64,000 nucleotides of DNA, from assembly GCA_964016885.1 (NCBI GenBank), contig OZ024752.1:17236001-17300000 (forward strand), given 5' to 3'. Below are positions 12,601-25,119 of the stretch, piece after piece. Source of the DNA: Eledone cirrhosa. Its lineage: Eukaryota. Position 1 is the stretch's first letter. The number at the start of each line of letters is the position of its first letter. The notes beneath the pieces were generated by a model, which worked only from the letters and a program-made list of their open reading frames with translations, ran no database searches and had not been told where the DNA came from. A program made the position numbers and the translations under genes.

Positions 12601-15600
12601 ATGTCCTGGGTATGACATTAAACTACATCTAGTGGCAAGGCTCCAGTTCGGGAGTTCAGGAGATGTGGGGAATGTGGAGTTACCCCTTAGTTGTCATGAC
12701 TCCCAGGTCTGCCCTGGCCCGGGGTGGTAGTACCTGTTAGGGCTCCATTTATGGGTTAAATAACTACCTTATTCGAGTGGCGCCGGTAAGGTATTGTCAG
12801 CCATTGAAAAGAAATATGGAGAGTCGATCTAACAGCACTAGGGTTAGAGCCCCTAATTACACTGTCAAGGAGCAGCCTGGTCGTTATGACTCTGCTGGCT
12901 TAGAGCCACAGAGAGGGCCAGTGGATGATGGATCAGCTGTCCCTGAGACAAATATAAAGAATGCAGTTTTGTCCTGCAGAAGAGCCATCAAAATGGGCAC
13001 TTTGAATGTGAGGACTATTCGAACGCTGGAGAAGAGAGAGGAGTTGGGACATCTGTTCGAGGAGAGTGGTATACAGATACTTGCGATCCAAGAACACAGG
13101 ATTCTACACGATGAGCCCGTGAGGAGTGTGATGATCGGGAGGAAGAACCAGCTCATCACTACATCGGCAGTGAAGAACACAACAAATGCTGCAGTAGGAG
13201 GAGTGGGTTTTGTGTTCAGTGCAAAAACCAATCTGTTGGTGAGGGAAATAATGCCTATCTCCCCGCGAGTGTTGAGGGTGACCTTCAATGGAAACCCAAG
13301 ACTGACAGTCATCTCAGCCTATAGTCCAACCGAGGGGGACAGTGATGTGAATGCCGAGGAGTTTCATGAGGAGGTGTGTAGAGCTGTCAACACCACTCAG
13401 GCACACAATATCCTGCTTGTTTTGGGGGACTTCAATGCACATCTGAGTAAGGAGGGCAGTGAAGATCCTTGCTGGTACGTCCATAACAACACCAACCGAA
13501 ATGGAAGACTACTGAGAGACACCCTGCTGGAGGCGAACTTGATGGCGACCAACCTAGGGTTTAGGAAGAATCTGGGGGAAGATGTGGACCTACATCTCAG
13601 ATATGCACCTGTCCAAGTCCCAGATTGATTTCATTCTGGTGAGGAAAAAGTGGCGGAATAGTGTTCTGAACACGGAACCATATAGCTATTTCAGTACACT
13701 GGGTAGTGACCACCGGCTTGTTATGAGTGAGGTCCGCGTGAGCTTAAGAAAGAGCAAGGCTCAGCCCCGGAGAACAATCTATGACTGGGGAGCTTTCAAG
13801 GAAGATGATAAGCTACAGGAGAGGTTCACAGTGGAAGTGAGAAACAGGTTTAGTGCTCTGTGTGGAGAGTCAGAGGAGAGAGAGATTGGATGGACTGAGG
13901 AGAGTGTGACGAGGAGGTACGGGCACTTCACCAATGCAGTGGCGAAAGCAAGTGAAACCCTGGTGCCGAGGAAAAAGAACAAAGGGAAGCACGTCAGCTC
14001 TGCAAACCCAAAAGTGTGCGCAGCCAGAGAACACCTGAAAGCTGCCAGGGACCAATTCTATGCTGATCCTACGGAGGAGAGGATGGAGACTGTGGAGGTG
14101 ATGAGGGAGGAGCTCTGTGCCGCTTGCACTGAGGTCAGAGAGGAGGCACTGATAGAGAAGATCAGAAGTGTGGAGAGAGCGGTTGACAGATCTGGATGTA
14201 AGGAGAGCTGGATGATCATCAACGAGATCACAGGGAGGAAGAAAAGGTGTTCGAGTCAGATCCAGGGAACGGGGCCCGAGGATAGGAAGAGGAAATGGCT
14301 AGACCATTTTAGGACCCTACTAGGAGAGCCACCCTCCACAGCTCAGAGCACTGGGGATATCAGGCGGCTGTTTGAGGAACTGGATGTTGAGACAGAGCCC
14401 TTCACCAGAGAGGAGCTTCAGAGAGCCAGGAGGAAGATCAAGGAGGGCAAGGCTCATGGAGAAGATGGAGTGGCATCAGAGGTGATGAAGAGGTGTGATT
14501 TTGATGATATCATCCTGGGGTTCTGTAACGGGGCACTGGAGAAAGGAGTTGCCCCGAATCAGTGGAGGATCAGTGGCATCGTCCCAGTGCCAAAGAAGGG
14601 AGATCTCTCTGGCACCAACAACTACCGGGGGATCTCACTGACGTCACTTGTGGCAAAGACCCTCAACAGGATGATTCTTAACAGGATCCAGCCTGAGATG
14701 GAGAAGAAGCTCAGGGACAACCAGAACGGCTTCAGAGAGGGTAGATCAACCACCAGTCACATCCTGATGCTGAGGAGGATATTAGAGGGAGCTAGAGCAA
14801 AGTGCCTTCCTGCGGTCATGGTTTTCATTGACTTTAGGAAGGCCTTTGATTCTGTGGACCGTTACTGCCTGATGAAGATCTTACAGGCTTATGGAATCCC
14901 CAAGAGGATAGTGGACCTGATATCATTGCTCTACACCAACACCAAAGCCCAAGTCATTACACCTGATGGGATGACAGAGTTCTTTGAGATACTGGCTGGA
15001 GTGCTCCAGGGAGATACATTGGCTCCCTACCTTTTTATCATCGTAGTGGACTATTGTATGCGCCTTGCACTGGAGAAACACCAGGACTCTGGCTTTATTG
15101 TAGCACCGGCTCAGAGCAGGAGAGTTGGGGCGAAAAAGGTATCGGATGCTGAATTTGCCTACGACATAATTTTGGTGACAAATACAGTGAAGGAGGCAGA
15201 GGATTTGATGCGGGAGGTTGAGACTGTGTCGATGAGTGTGGGGCTGAGAATGAATGAGACTAAAACAAAATATCTGGTAGAGAATGTTGAGAAGCCAGAG
15301 GGGATCACTAATGTAGGCGGGAAGCCGCTGGAATTGGTTGAGGACTTCCTGTATTTGGGAGCAAAGATTGGGAATGCGGAGGATGATGTGGTTGAGAGGA
15401 AGAGCAAGGCCTGGGCGGCGTGTCACAGCTTGAGATCGGTGTGGAAGTCGGACCTTCGTAGAGACCTGAAAATCCGCCTCTTCATTGCTGTAGTGGAGTC
15501 TGTGCTGCTGTATGGGTCTGAGACTTGGACACTGACCAAAAGACTCACTCAGATGGTGGATGGGTGCTACACGAGAATGCTGAGGATGGCTCTGAACATT

Positions 15601-15910
15601 AATCAGTATACACTGAGGATGAAAAACTCAGAGCTGTATGGGAGCATCCCAAAAGTCAGCTCAAAAGTGACACAGAGAAGACTGAGGTTGGCTGGACATG
15701 CTCACCGACATCCAGAGTTGACATTGCACTCAGTGCTCCTTTGGGAGCCCCTACATGGACACACTAGAAGAGGAAGACCAAGGTTAACATATGTTGATGC
15801 CCTAAGGACAGACACTGGTTTGTTGGAGATGCAGGATATGGCAGCGATAATGAGGGACAGAGACCGCTGGAGAGAACTCGTCCATGGATCTCGGGAATTT
15901 TACCCGCCTT

Positions 15911-15912
<2 letters not shown>
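12601..15912 (+). mobile_element. Nearly complete RTE/RTE-X-like LINE (5' UTR, APE, RT) inside a (TA)n tract; one frameshift, catalytic motif mutated
   Basis: ORF 12777-13628 (GTLNVRT, IQEHR, GGVGF, SAYSPT, LGDFNA) frameshifts near 13570 into ORF 13582-15912 (SDHRLV, YRGISL, FIDFRKAFDSV, GVLQGD, FAYD instead of FADD, RGRPRLTY); (TA)n on both sides. Confidence 0.95.
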
Positions 15913-15963
<51 letters not shown>

Positions 15964-16013
15964 CGATGAATTAGTTTTGCGAGGTTTTTATATGAAATCG
16001 TGTGTCGAAACAA

Positions 16014-18858
16014 ATATTGTTATACTTGGGGAGGGTCATATTTGTGTAATATTGCCAGAATTAATAACAGAACACATTCACTGTTTGGTTGGTTTTCGCT
16101 TTTCGCTTCTCTGTCTTTTATATCGGTAATCTAATTTATTCGGTCCTCAATGTTGCCATTGACTGACCAACGGTCAAAAATAATACAGATACAATATAGA
16201 CACAAACACATATATATAGTTTATCAAAGTTCTTTCGTTGCACATCTGCAACATCGTCAGTGGTGCTATTGTTTCCTCCCGTTACATTGTATGTCTACGC
16301 CATCTTTATTTAGTCTGTTTATATATTTATTTATTTATTTGTTTGTTTGTTTATTTTATTTTGTCTTCTTTGCGCATGCGTTTGCGTGTGTGTATAGTGT
16401 TTTGTTTGATGTGTGTTCGTGATTGGGTGACTGTGTATCGGTTAATGTATTCTATCTTTACTAGTGTGTGTTTATATGTGTTTGTTATTATTGTGCTTGT
16501 GTATGTATTTATTTATTTATTTATCTATTTATTTATTTATTTATGCTTCTCTTAGGTCAGTGTTGTTTGTTTGGGTGTTGTTGTTATTCCATTCATTCTT
16601 TCTGTTTAGTTTTGGCCTTCTAAGTTCTATTTCACTGGCCTCTCTGATTTGCCTATCTGCTGGGTCATTTCTATGTTTAGATATTATTCTAATTTCTATG
16701 TTGTCTATGTTACCGTCGTGTTGTTGTCTGGCATGTTCGTATAGTACTGATCCGTTTTTTCGTCCTTTTAGTTCCCCCCAGTGTTGGTCTATCCTTTCAC
16801 CTATGCTACGAGCTGTCTCGCCTATGTATGTTGTTATCATGTTTCTGCAAGTACCCTCTGTACATCTTATGCTATAGACTACGTTTCTAGTTTTACAGTT
16901 TATCCGGGGGTTTACCTTACATATGATACATTTCCTATTAGTACAGTGGGTTTTCTTAAAAGGGTAGGTTTTGCTGATCAGGGATTTTATGGTAGTTTCT
17001 GGCTTTTCTACCACCTTAATCTTTAAGTGGGTCTTTCTCAGGGCCTTTCTACACTGGTTAGCTAATTTCCCTCCAGGGGTAGCGTCAACAAACATGACAC
17101 TCTGGTATCTCTGGTTGTCGTACCATGAGGTGGCTTTCCCTATCTTATGTCTAGCCCTATCTAAGCAATTCCATGATTTGCTCCTGTATAATGGGCAAAT
17201 TCCTTTCATGTCCAGTTCTATGAGGGTCTTATACTTCTCCATGGCTCCTTCGTATACTCTGACTCTGTCTCTTTGGTTGTAGCCAGAGAACTGCATGCGG
17301 TTGATGAAGTGTTGGATGTGTCTTTCCATTTCTGTTGGGTCGCACATGCGGGACACATTCTTCATCACTCGTACCAAATCTGCGATCAGAATATTAAACT
17401 TAGCACTACTGGACATTGCTGAGTTTTTGAGTATCAGGTATTTGGAGGCCATGGGTTTAGCATAGTGTGAGTGGAGAATTTGGGCTCTCTCGTCTATAGT
17501 GTTAATCCAGAGTTCCGTGTCTAATACAGGTAGTCTATTGTTAGGGTGTTTGGAAGGGTAGTCGATAGTTACAGTTATACTCTGGTGTATGGAATTAGCT
17601 ATCTGCTGGATGCTTTCCATTGTGCTACGTTCTAAATCAAACTTGTTAGTGCTCTCTAGTGAGGATGTTCTTATAACTATATTGATATCGTCTACGTAAC
17701 GAGAGTACATGATGAGGTCTATGGAGCTCTCATTAAGGAGATCTTTAAGTCTCCTTTCCCACCATACCATAAAAAGGTTGGCAACATCACCAGCTATGCT
17801 GGTGATGTTACCAACGTTGCTAACCAGTGTAGAAAGGCCCTGAGAAAGACCCACTTAAAGATTAAGGTGGTAGAAAAGCCAGAAACTACCATAAAATCCC
17901 TGATCAGCAAAACCTACCCTTTTAAGAAAACCCACTGTACTAATAGGAAATGTATCATATGTAAGGTAAACCCCCGGATAAACTGTAAAACTAGAAACGT
18001 AGTCTATAGCATAAGATGTACAGAGGGTACTCGCAGAACATGACTACAACATACATAGGCGAGACAGCTCGTAGCATAGGTGAAAGGATAGACCAACACT
18101 GGGGGGAACTAAAAGGACAAAAAAACGGGTCAGTACTATGCGAACATGCCAGACAACAACACGACGGTAACATAGACAACATAGAAATTAGAATAATATC
18201 TAAACATAGAAATGACCCAGCAGATAGGCAAATCAGAGAGGCCAGTGAAATAGAACTTAGAAGGTCAAGACTAAACAGAAAGAATGAATGGAATAACTAC
18301 AACACCCAAACAAACAACACTGACCTAAGAGAAGCATAAATAAATAAATAAATAGATAAATAAATAAATAAATACATACCCAAGCACAATAACAACAAAC
18401 ACATATAAACACACACTAGTAAAGATAGAATACATTAACCGATACACAGTCACCCAATCACGAACACACATCAAACAAAACACTATACACACACGCAAAC
18501 GCATGCGCAAAGAAGACAAAATAAAATAAACAAACAAACAAATAAATAAATAAATATATAAACAGACTAAATAAAGATGGCGTAGACATACAATGTAACG
18601 GGAGGAAACAATAGCACCACTGACGATGTTGCAGATGTGCAACGAAAGAACTTTGATAAACTATATATATGTGTTTGTGTCTATATTGTATCTGTATTAT
18701 TTTTGACCGTTGGTCAGTCAATGGCAACATTGAGGACCGAATCAATTAGATTACCGATATAAAAGACAGAGACGCGAAAAGCGAAAACCAACCAAACAGT
18801 GAGTGTGTTCTGTTATTAATTCTGGCAATATTACACAAATATGACCCTCCCCAAGTAT

Positions 18859-18866
<8 letters not shown>
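16014..18866. mobile_element. Penelope-like element in inverted configuration (RT C-terminus + GIY-YIG on -, shorter copy on +)
   Basis: ORF 16541-17854 (-): ANLFMVWWE, YSRYVDD, LPVLD, NVVYSIRC..YIGETARSIGERIDQH; 16014-17062 is the reverse complement of 17819-18866. Confidence 0.92.
18616..18657 (+). ncRNA. Minimal hammerhead in the Penelope 3' region (degenerate stems I and III); inverted twin at 16223-16264
   Basis: ACCA-CUGACGA-u-GUUGCA-gaug-UGCAAC-GAAA-gaac-UU-UGAU. Confidence 0.6.
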
Positions 18867-18907
<41 letters not shown>

Positions 18908-19318
18908 CCTTGTCTACATTCTAACTAAAATATACCATAATTTCCTTTGGTGGCGTGGGGTTTCACAGCCTTCCGGTATATAGCAGTGGCGTGGTTCGAT
19001 TGCTACAGGTAATTCCCTGCACTATTTCCCCCCCTCAAAATATTTATATCCCCGTTTCTTTCCAACTATATTATTGTAAATATGTGTTGTAATGACTATT
19101 GCAAGAGGCAAAACATTCTGGCTGATTCGACACCCACGTGCTTTTTCTAAAAGACATTCCCCCCGCTCCTTTCTCTTCTCATACTATATGTTTCTACTTC
19201 TTTTATTCCTCATTCTATTTGTTGATGGAAATATTTTTCTCTATTCCTCTGTGAATATATCACACAGTAGCCAGTTCGTTATAAGATCAAGCAGGGATGT
19301 TCTAACACAGTCCTCTCT

Positions 19319-19800
19319 CCGTTCAGGTATGGATTTACCTACCCAAGAAAGAGAGAAGCCTGATCATACTTCTGTTAATTGTTCTTCTACCAAACGTATT
19401 TTAGATAAAGCAGCTATGTCTATGTTCAACCTTCTAAGTTCTTTTGTAACAAGTGTAGTTGTACGCTCCGGACGTCCGGACGAGTTTCTATCCAGTTCTG
19501 TCCTAACGTTCCAACAACAAATGTTGAGTTTGACTCGATCTTTCGAGTATTTTTTACATTTTGTTCTATTCTTATTTCTGCTCGAGTGAGGCAAAGTAAG
19601 TTCTGGGCGCCTGTGTGTAGACTTGTGACTATAAGCTTGCAACTGGTCAGGCGAAGAAAGATGTAAGAGACATCTGTATATCAGTATATTATAGTGGTAA
19701 ACACTTGTACAACACAAGTAGCATTTGCTGAGTGTCCACAACTAGAGTCCAGTGACATGCCGAAACAAGATGACCGGGAGTTGCTTCTACGGCAGGTTTT
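19319..19800 (-). mobile_element. RTE LINE 5' fragment (start of APE)
   Basis: LNICCWNVRTELDRNSSGRPERTTTLVTKELRRLNIDIAALS, homologous to 4687-5214. Confidence 0.8.
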
Positions 19801-19822
19801 AAGGAGTTTCCTTCTTACTTAA

Positions 19823-19895
<73 letters not shown>

Positions 19896-20039
19896 TACTC
19901 ATTCATACGTACACACATACACACACACGCTACTCACACACACACACTCATATTTAAATATTACAGTCATTATTAATACTATAATTGTGGCCGCTGTTGT
20001 CACTGTTATTCTCTCTCTTTCATTCACTGCCTCCGTCTC

Positions 20040-20275
20040 TCTCACTTTCCCCATATCTCACTATTATAAGCAAATAGGGACTCACGCTCTGGCCACCCCG
20101 CGACCCCGGCGGACACAATAGAGAAGTCCTTTCCTCCGAATATGGTGAAGAAGACGCGTTGGAAGAGCCATTTCAGCTCGCGAAGTTTACACCTGTGGGC
20201 AGCGAACTCCATGCCGATAGTGGTGAGTAGGGTGGTGGTCATAGGGCCAAGGACACCAGAAGTCTCCACTCCTAA
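20040..20275 (-). mobile_element. Degenerate 3' end of a CRE-like RLE retrotransposon
   Basis: VETSGVLGP..WLFQR..GG, homologous to 27232-27663. Confidence 0.7.
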
Positions 20276-20314
20276 ATTGTATCTTGAGCACATTACGAAA
20301 TGGAAGATTTAGAG

Positions 20315-21600
20315 CAGCTGTTCTCAAGTTGTTCTATTGCCCGTATCCCTTTTCTAAAATTTCAGTTTCTTTAAATCTATGATAACTAGATGGGAAAAAT
20401 AAACACATTCCCTATTCTGTCCACCGGAGCTGCGGATCAGCCTGCGCATGGGCCCCCATTTGCTTATAGTGAAAGATGAGGAGAGCGAGAAAGACGGAGG
20501 CAGTGAGTGAAAGAGAGAGGACATCAATACTTATTTATTTGTATTCATCAAATGACTACTACTAGAGAGAAAGTAAAAAATGTTCAAGACATGGAAATTT
20601 GTTGTTAAAAGCAACACGAATACTATTCTAAAGATCAATTAGATCAAGTGATGCCTGTGCGTGAAGCTTTTTAAAGTGAAGAAAAGCCTTGTAGTGGACC
20701 AATCCCACTCTCTGAACAACGGTGACAGGTATCCAAGATGAACATGTCAACATCATACATACAATTATTAAATGTATGATAACTAGATCCGAAAAAGAAA
20801 CACAAGAGAAAATAAAATAGTTTATTTAAAAATACAAAATGTATAAAAGTATTTTTATTTGTCGTTATTTTTCTTGTCTTATTTTTGCTAAACAATGTTT
20901 AAGACATGGGAATTTGTTGTTAAAGGCAACACGAATATTATTGTAAAGGTTTAAGTGGTTTCTAAACTTCGTTGTCTTATATAGAAAAGTTGAAAATCAC
21001 AACTCGCATAAACCCGTTGTAGCAAATGGAAGCGGAATCATTGCTGACCAAAACTGCTCAAATTAATTTTTATCCCAACTCAACTTTCATGACCTGTTTG
21101 ACTCCTAGATCAATTAGATCTTCTTTAAATTCATTATCGTTCGATATTTTTTGTAAATCGAAGAGAAACGGACCAATAAGCCACTGTTCTGCTAGTTGTA
21201 GAGATACTCCTGAAAAATACTCATGAAATGATTTGCACAGTATTTGAAGCTGTACAATAAATGTTCAGTGTTTAACTAGAATTGGTGAATTAAAAAGAAT
21301 ATTCCATCATCTTCATTTATTCAAGTGAAACCAAATTCATGATAGTCTTCATTGCATTTTCTCACTTTGGATATTGATATATTTAATTGTGACCTGGAAT
21401 GCTAAAAAATATTAATTATTAAAGCGTAAAAAGATTTAATATTCAAAGTTTTTAACAATATAATTTTTATTAATTTAAATTCCATTTGCTTAAAGTTCAT
21501 TTGGGTTCACAATTAAAACTTTAATCCCCAAGCTGAAATATACGCGGATAAAATTACATTTACTTTAGAGTTCAGTATATTATCTCTAATATTTCGGTGA
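20315..21600 (-). mobile_element. Fossil hAT (Charlie/Buster-type) DNA transposon
   Basis: Manual translation of ~20945-21035 (-) gives PLPFATTGLCEL*FSTFLYKTTKFRNHLNL (hAT dimerisation domain), with QWLIGPF..EDLIDL upstream; Charlie-like terminus CAGCTGTTCTCAA at 20315. Confidence 0.7.
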
Positions 21601-21674
21601 AAAGATACAAACCACAATTGAAAAGTATTCAACACCTATCAATTGGTTGCTTAGGGTTGACCTATTTTACAATA

Positions 21675-21835
21675 ATTGTTTCTACTTTTGGCACAAGGCC
21701 AGCAATTATCCAGTGTATTACTGGTACTTTATTTTATCGACTCCGTAAGGATGAAAGGCAAAGTTAACCTCGGCGGGATTTGAACTCAGAATGGCAAGGG
21801 CCGTAACTCTATGCGTCAAAACATGGCGTCCGACC
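21675..21835 (-). mobile_element. tRNA-derived SINE (same family as 5283)
   Basis: B box and conserved core on - strand. Confidence 0.8.
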
Positions 21836-22327
21836 CTACAATAATATTAACCTTCCAGACAGGCTTCTTTCTAAACATTGCTCTGAATATTAATAGATTT
21901 AATTAAAACTACACCCTATAATAAGGAAAACATTACGCATCAGGAAAGTTCGACTGGATTCACTCTTTCTCTGTGTATTCGTATCAGCTTCCAAAATTTA
22001 TAGCTAAAAGGCTTATTCGTAAACATACCATATATCGCTAGATATACAAAATACACATACTTATATGTATACAACTATATTGCAGCGAACACCTTAATTA
22101 ATAATATAACTTTAATCGGATAAACATGAGCTTGTTTATTAGACTATATCTAATAAACATGTAGCTAAATTTTAATGTATTTGATTCTACTTTAAACACA
22201 CTTTATCATAACATAGATCACATATATATATATATGATGACATATATTACTATATATATTCGGATACCTAACGGGACCGAAGACCCCATATAGAGGGAAT
22301 CAGTTCTCAACCAAGATATATTCACCA

Positions 22328-22809
22328 ACGAGATATGCCAATACGAACCCTTTTGAAATAATATAAGGATATGGCAGTTCTCCTAAAAATAAAAATCCTC
22401 ACAATATGAGAAAGTGTCAAATATTTTCGGAATTAAGAATTTCCGAAAATATCGAATTGAAAATAGCGAGTTTGGCTTATAACATCTACCTCCCTTCTTC
22501 TGATTAGTGAATGCTAAAGCTGGCGCATTAGTGCACCAGCTCCTGCAATTCTTGCACTTAATTAAGCCTTAAAAAGTAAATTATAATGAGGTTAGGCCTA
22601 ATATTTAAATATTTTGAATTACATTCTAACTTCATTTAACACTCTACATACTAATTACAGACACTTTCTGGATTTATATTTTAACTTTCGGCTAACATGT
22701 TAAAATCCGAAAATATTTGACACTTTCTCATATTATGAATATTTTTATTTTTAAAAGAACTGCCTTATCCTTATATTATTTCAAAGGAGTTCGTTCTGGC
22801 ATATCTCGT
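22328..22809. repeat. Imperfect ~104-bp inverted repeat (22328-22431 / 22706-22809), MITE-like
   Basis: ACGAGATATGCCA...GAGAAAGTGTCAAATATTTTCGGA mirrored by TCCGAAAATATTTGACACTTTCTC...TGGCATATCTCGT. Confidence 0.65.
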
Positions 22810-23242
22810 GAGAGAATATTTCTTAAAATGTTTAGAAGATTCAGACGTCGACTTAGTTGATAAGTTTTAAGAAGATCTAGTTAGAAAATTCACTTAACCG
22901 AGTCATAGAGAAGCCTGATAAAAACTAGATACGTCAGGTCAAAAACAGAAGAACTAAGTCCAAATATTTTGCCAGACTAAATCCTAGCCAGAAAACCCTC
23001 TAATTATAAGATTTTCAATCGGAAAATTAGGGAATTGGGGTATTTAAGATGTATGTGTCTAACTTACATGCTGGTGTATGTCTGCATCTTATTGAAAGCC
23101 CATGATAGGGAGGTATTACATCTTTAAAGTTATGGAGGAAGGGACCCAAAAGGGTGTCATACTCCATAGTATATACATAGGTATCTGTTGGACCACTATC
23201 GTTTTCGACGGTGAGTGATCAAGTTATTCGATCAATGGAGCA

Positions 23243-23243
<1 letters not shown>

Positions 23244-23273
<30 letters not shown>

Positions 23274-23500
23274 CTTCTTCTTCTTCTTCTTCTTCTTCTT
23301 CTTCTTCTTCTTCTTCTTCTTCTTCTTCTTCTTCTTCTTCTTCTTCTTCTTCTTCTTCTTCTTCTTCTTCTTCTTCTTCTTCTTCTTCTTCTTCTTCTTC
23401 TTCTTCTTCTTCTTCTTCTTCTTCTTCTTCTTCTTCTTCTTCTTCTTCTTCTTCTTCTTCTTCTTCTTCTTCTTCTTCTTCTTCTTCTTCTTCTTCTTCT
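23244..23500. repeat. Pure (TTC)n/(GAA)n microsatellite, ~85 units
   Basis: Direct reading; sits at the 3' end of the LINE fragment on -. Confidence 0.97.
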
Positions 23501-23935
23501 TGAGAGGGTCGTCGAGGCAGAGTAATCAAACACTCCTTCCAGTGGTTCTGTCAGAAGCAACCATTTCCCGTTGCTCCGGCTGGATCCCCAAGCGAGACTA
23601 ACCAAGCTCATGGTTGTTATCCAACCATCTTACTCGGGGTCTACCTCTGTGTCTTCTGCCGATTGGTTTTTGCCCTAAAATCTGTCCAGCGATTATTTGC
23701 TGATACATTCTAACCACATGCCCACAGTATCGGATCGGTTATATCTCAATTCAGAGAAGTAGTGGCTCTACCTGGAGTGACTCTCTATCGAGTAAATGTT
23801 ACTCCAAATACCTTTCGGGGGAACCTCGTTTCGGCTGCTTGTAACCGCAATCGTATTCTTTCGGTTATTACCAAGATTCATGACCATAGGTAAGGGTTAG
23901 CACGAATATCAAATTGAAGATAGTTGAGCTTTTAC
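23501..23935 (-). mobile_element. Decayed RTE-like LINE 3' end
   Basis: Manual translation HRGRPRVRWLD...ASDR, typical of the RTE C-terminus. Confidence 0.6.
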
Positions 23936-24425
23936 ACCTACCTCTCTTCTGATTACCGAATGCTGAAGAGTAAATTATAATGAGGTTAGGCTTAATATTT
24001 AAATATTTAAAATTATATTCTAATTTCATTTAACACTCTACATACTAATTACAGACAACCTCTGGATTTATATTTTAACTGTTCGTTTTAGTGTTGATTC
24101 CTATTCCTTTGAAGACCATAAATATATATGGAGGAGAATGACTGATATAATCAATTATCGATCGTCAAGATCCTAGACCTCAATCGCTTACTGAGTGGGA
24201 TGGAGCTCGTCAAATCGAACTCGCAACCTCACGTTTGCGAATCCAATTCTCTAACCACTAAGCCACGCGCGTTCACTAATCAACTATACACAGTTATATT
24301 GGAGGATTTATTCTGTAAGGGTTTCTGATTTAGGCACAAGGCCAGAAATTTTGGAGTGGGAAAGTCGATTAAATTGACCCCAGTGCATTACTGATGCTTT
24401 ATTTTATCGACCCCGTAAGGATGAA

Positions 24426-24800
24426 AGGAAGCCGTAGCTATGCAACGGCTTCCTAAAATCGTATTTCTTTAGAAATACGAAACTTCTATACATATTGTAT
24501 AAAGCTATGCTTGAAGCGAAATCTTATTTCTTTTCTATTATATGTTGAGCCAACTTATGCAGCTTCATATGCAAATGAGATTAATCACCTCATTTACACA
24601 GACGAGAAAACTATATATTCTCGGTTGTTTTCAAGTCCAGCAGTCGCAAAGCGGTGGAGGGATCGTCCTGACGATGGCCAGTCAAGCCTGAAATGCATAG
24701 ACAGTTGTCCCCCTTGCTTCTGCTGGACATCACCAGAGGGCGTGAGCATAGCTACGGCTTCCTAAAATCGTATTTCTTTAGAAATACGAAATTTCTATAC
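24426..24800 (+). mobile_element. Small hammerhead element: 309-bp unit with terminal direct repeat and an 18-bp inverted leader
   Basis: ACGGCTTCCTAAAATCGTATTTCTTTAGAAATACGAA at 24445 and 24754; AGGAAGCCGTAGCTATGC (24426) is the reverse complement of 24746-24763. Confidence 0.7.
24665..24702 (+). ncRNA. Minimal type I hammerhead ribozyme
   Basis: GUC-CUGACGA-u-GGC-cagucaa-GCC-u-GAAA-UGCA-UA-GAC; palindromic stem III AUGCAU; AUA triplet. Confidence 0.75.
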
Positions 24801-25119
24801 ACACATATATATATGTGTGTGTGTGTATCTGTATGTGTGTATGTATGGTGATGGAGGTGTTGGTAGCTGTGGTAGTGGTGTGTGAGTGTATATATATATA
24901 TATATATATATGTTTGTGTGTGTGTGTGGTGGGGGAGTATTTGTCGTATATGAGGTAACAGGTGTGATATGATAATTGGAAATCATTTGAAAATGTCAGG
25001 TCAAATTTTGATGACAAGATAGTGTGACATGCATATTTCATTGAACAGGTTAAGCAACAAGTCTTTGAAACCACAAAACACACTGAGTTTTTTGTTTCAT
25101 AGACGTCATTTTGTTACTG

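Noticed and set aside
23211-23611. Poly-L/F/R/E ORFs
   Set aside because: Translations of the (TTC)n microsatellite.
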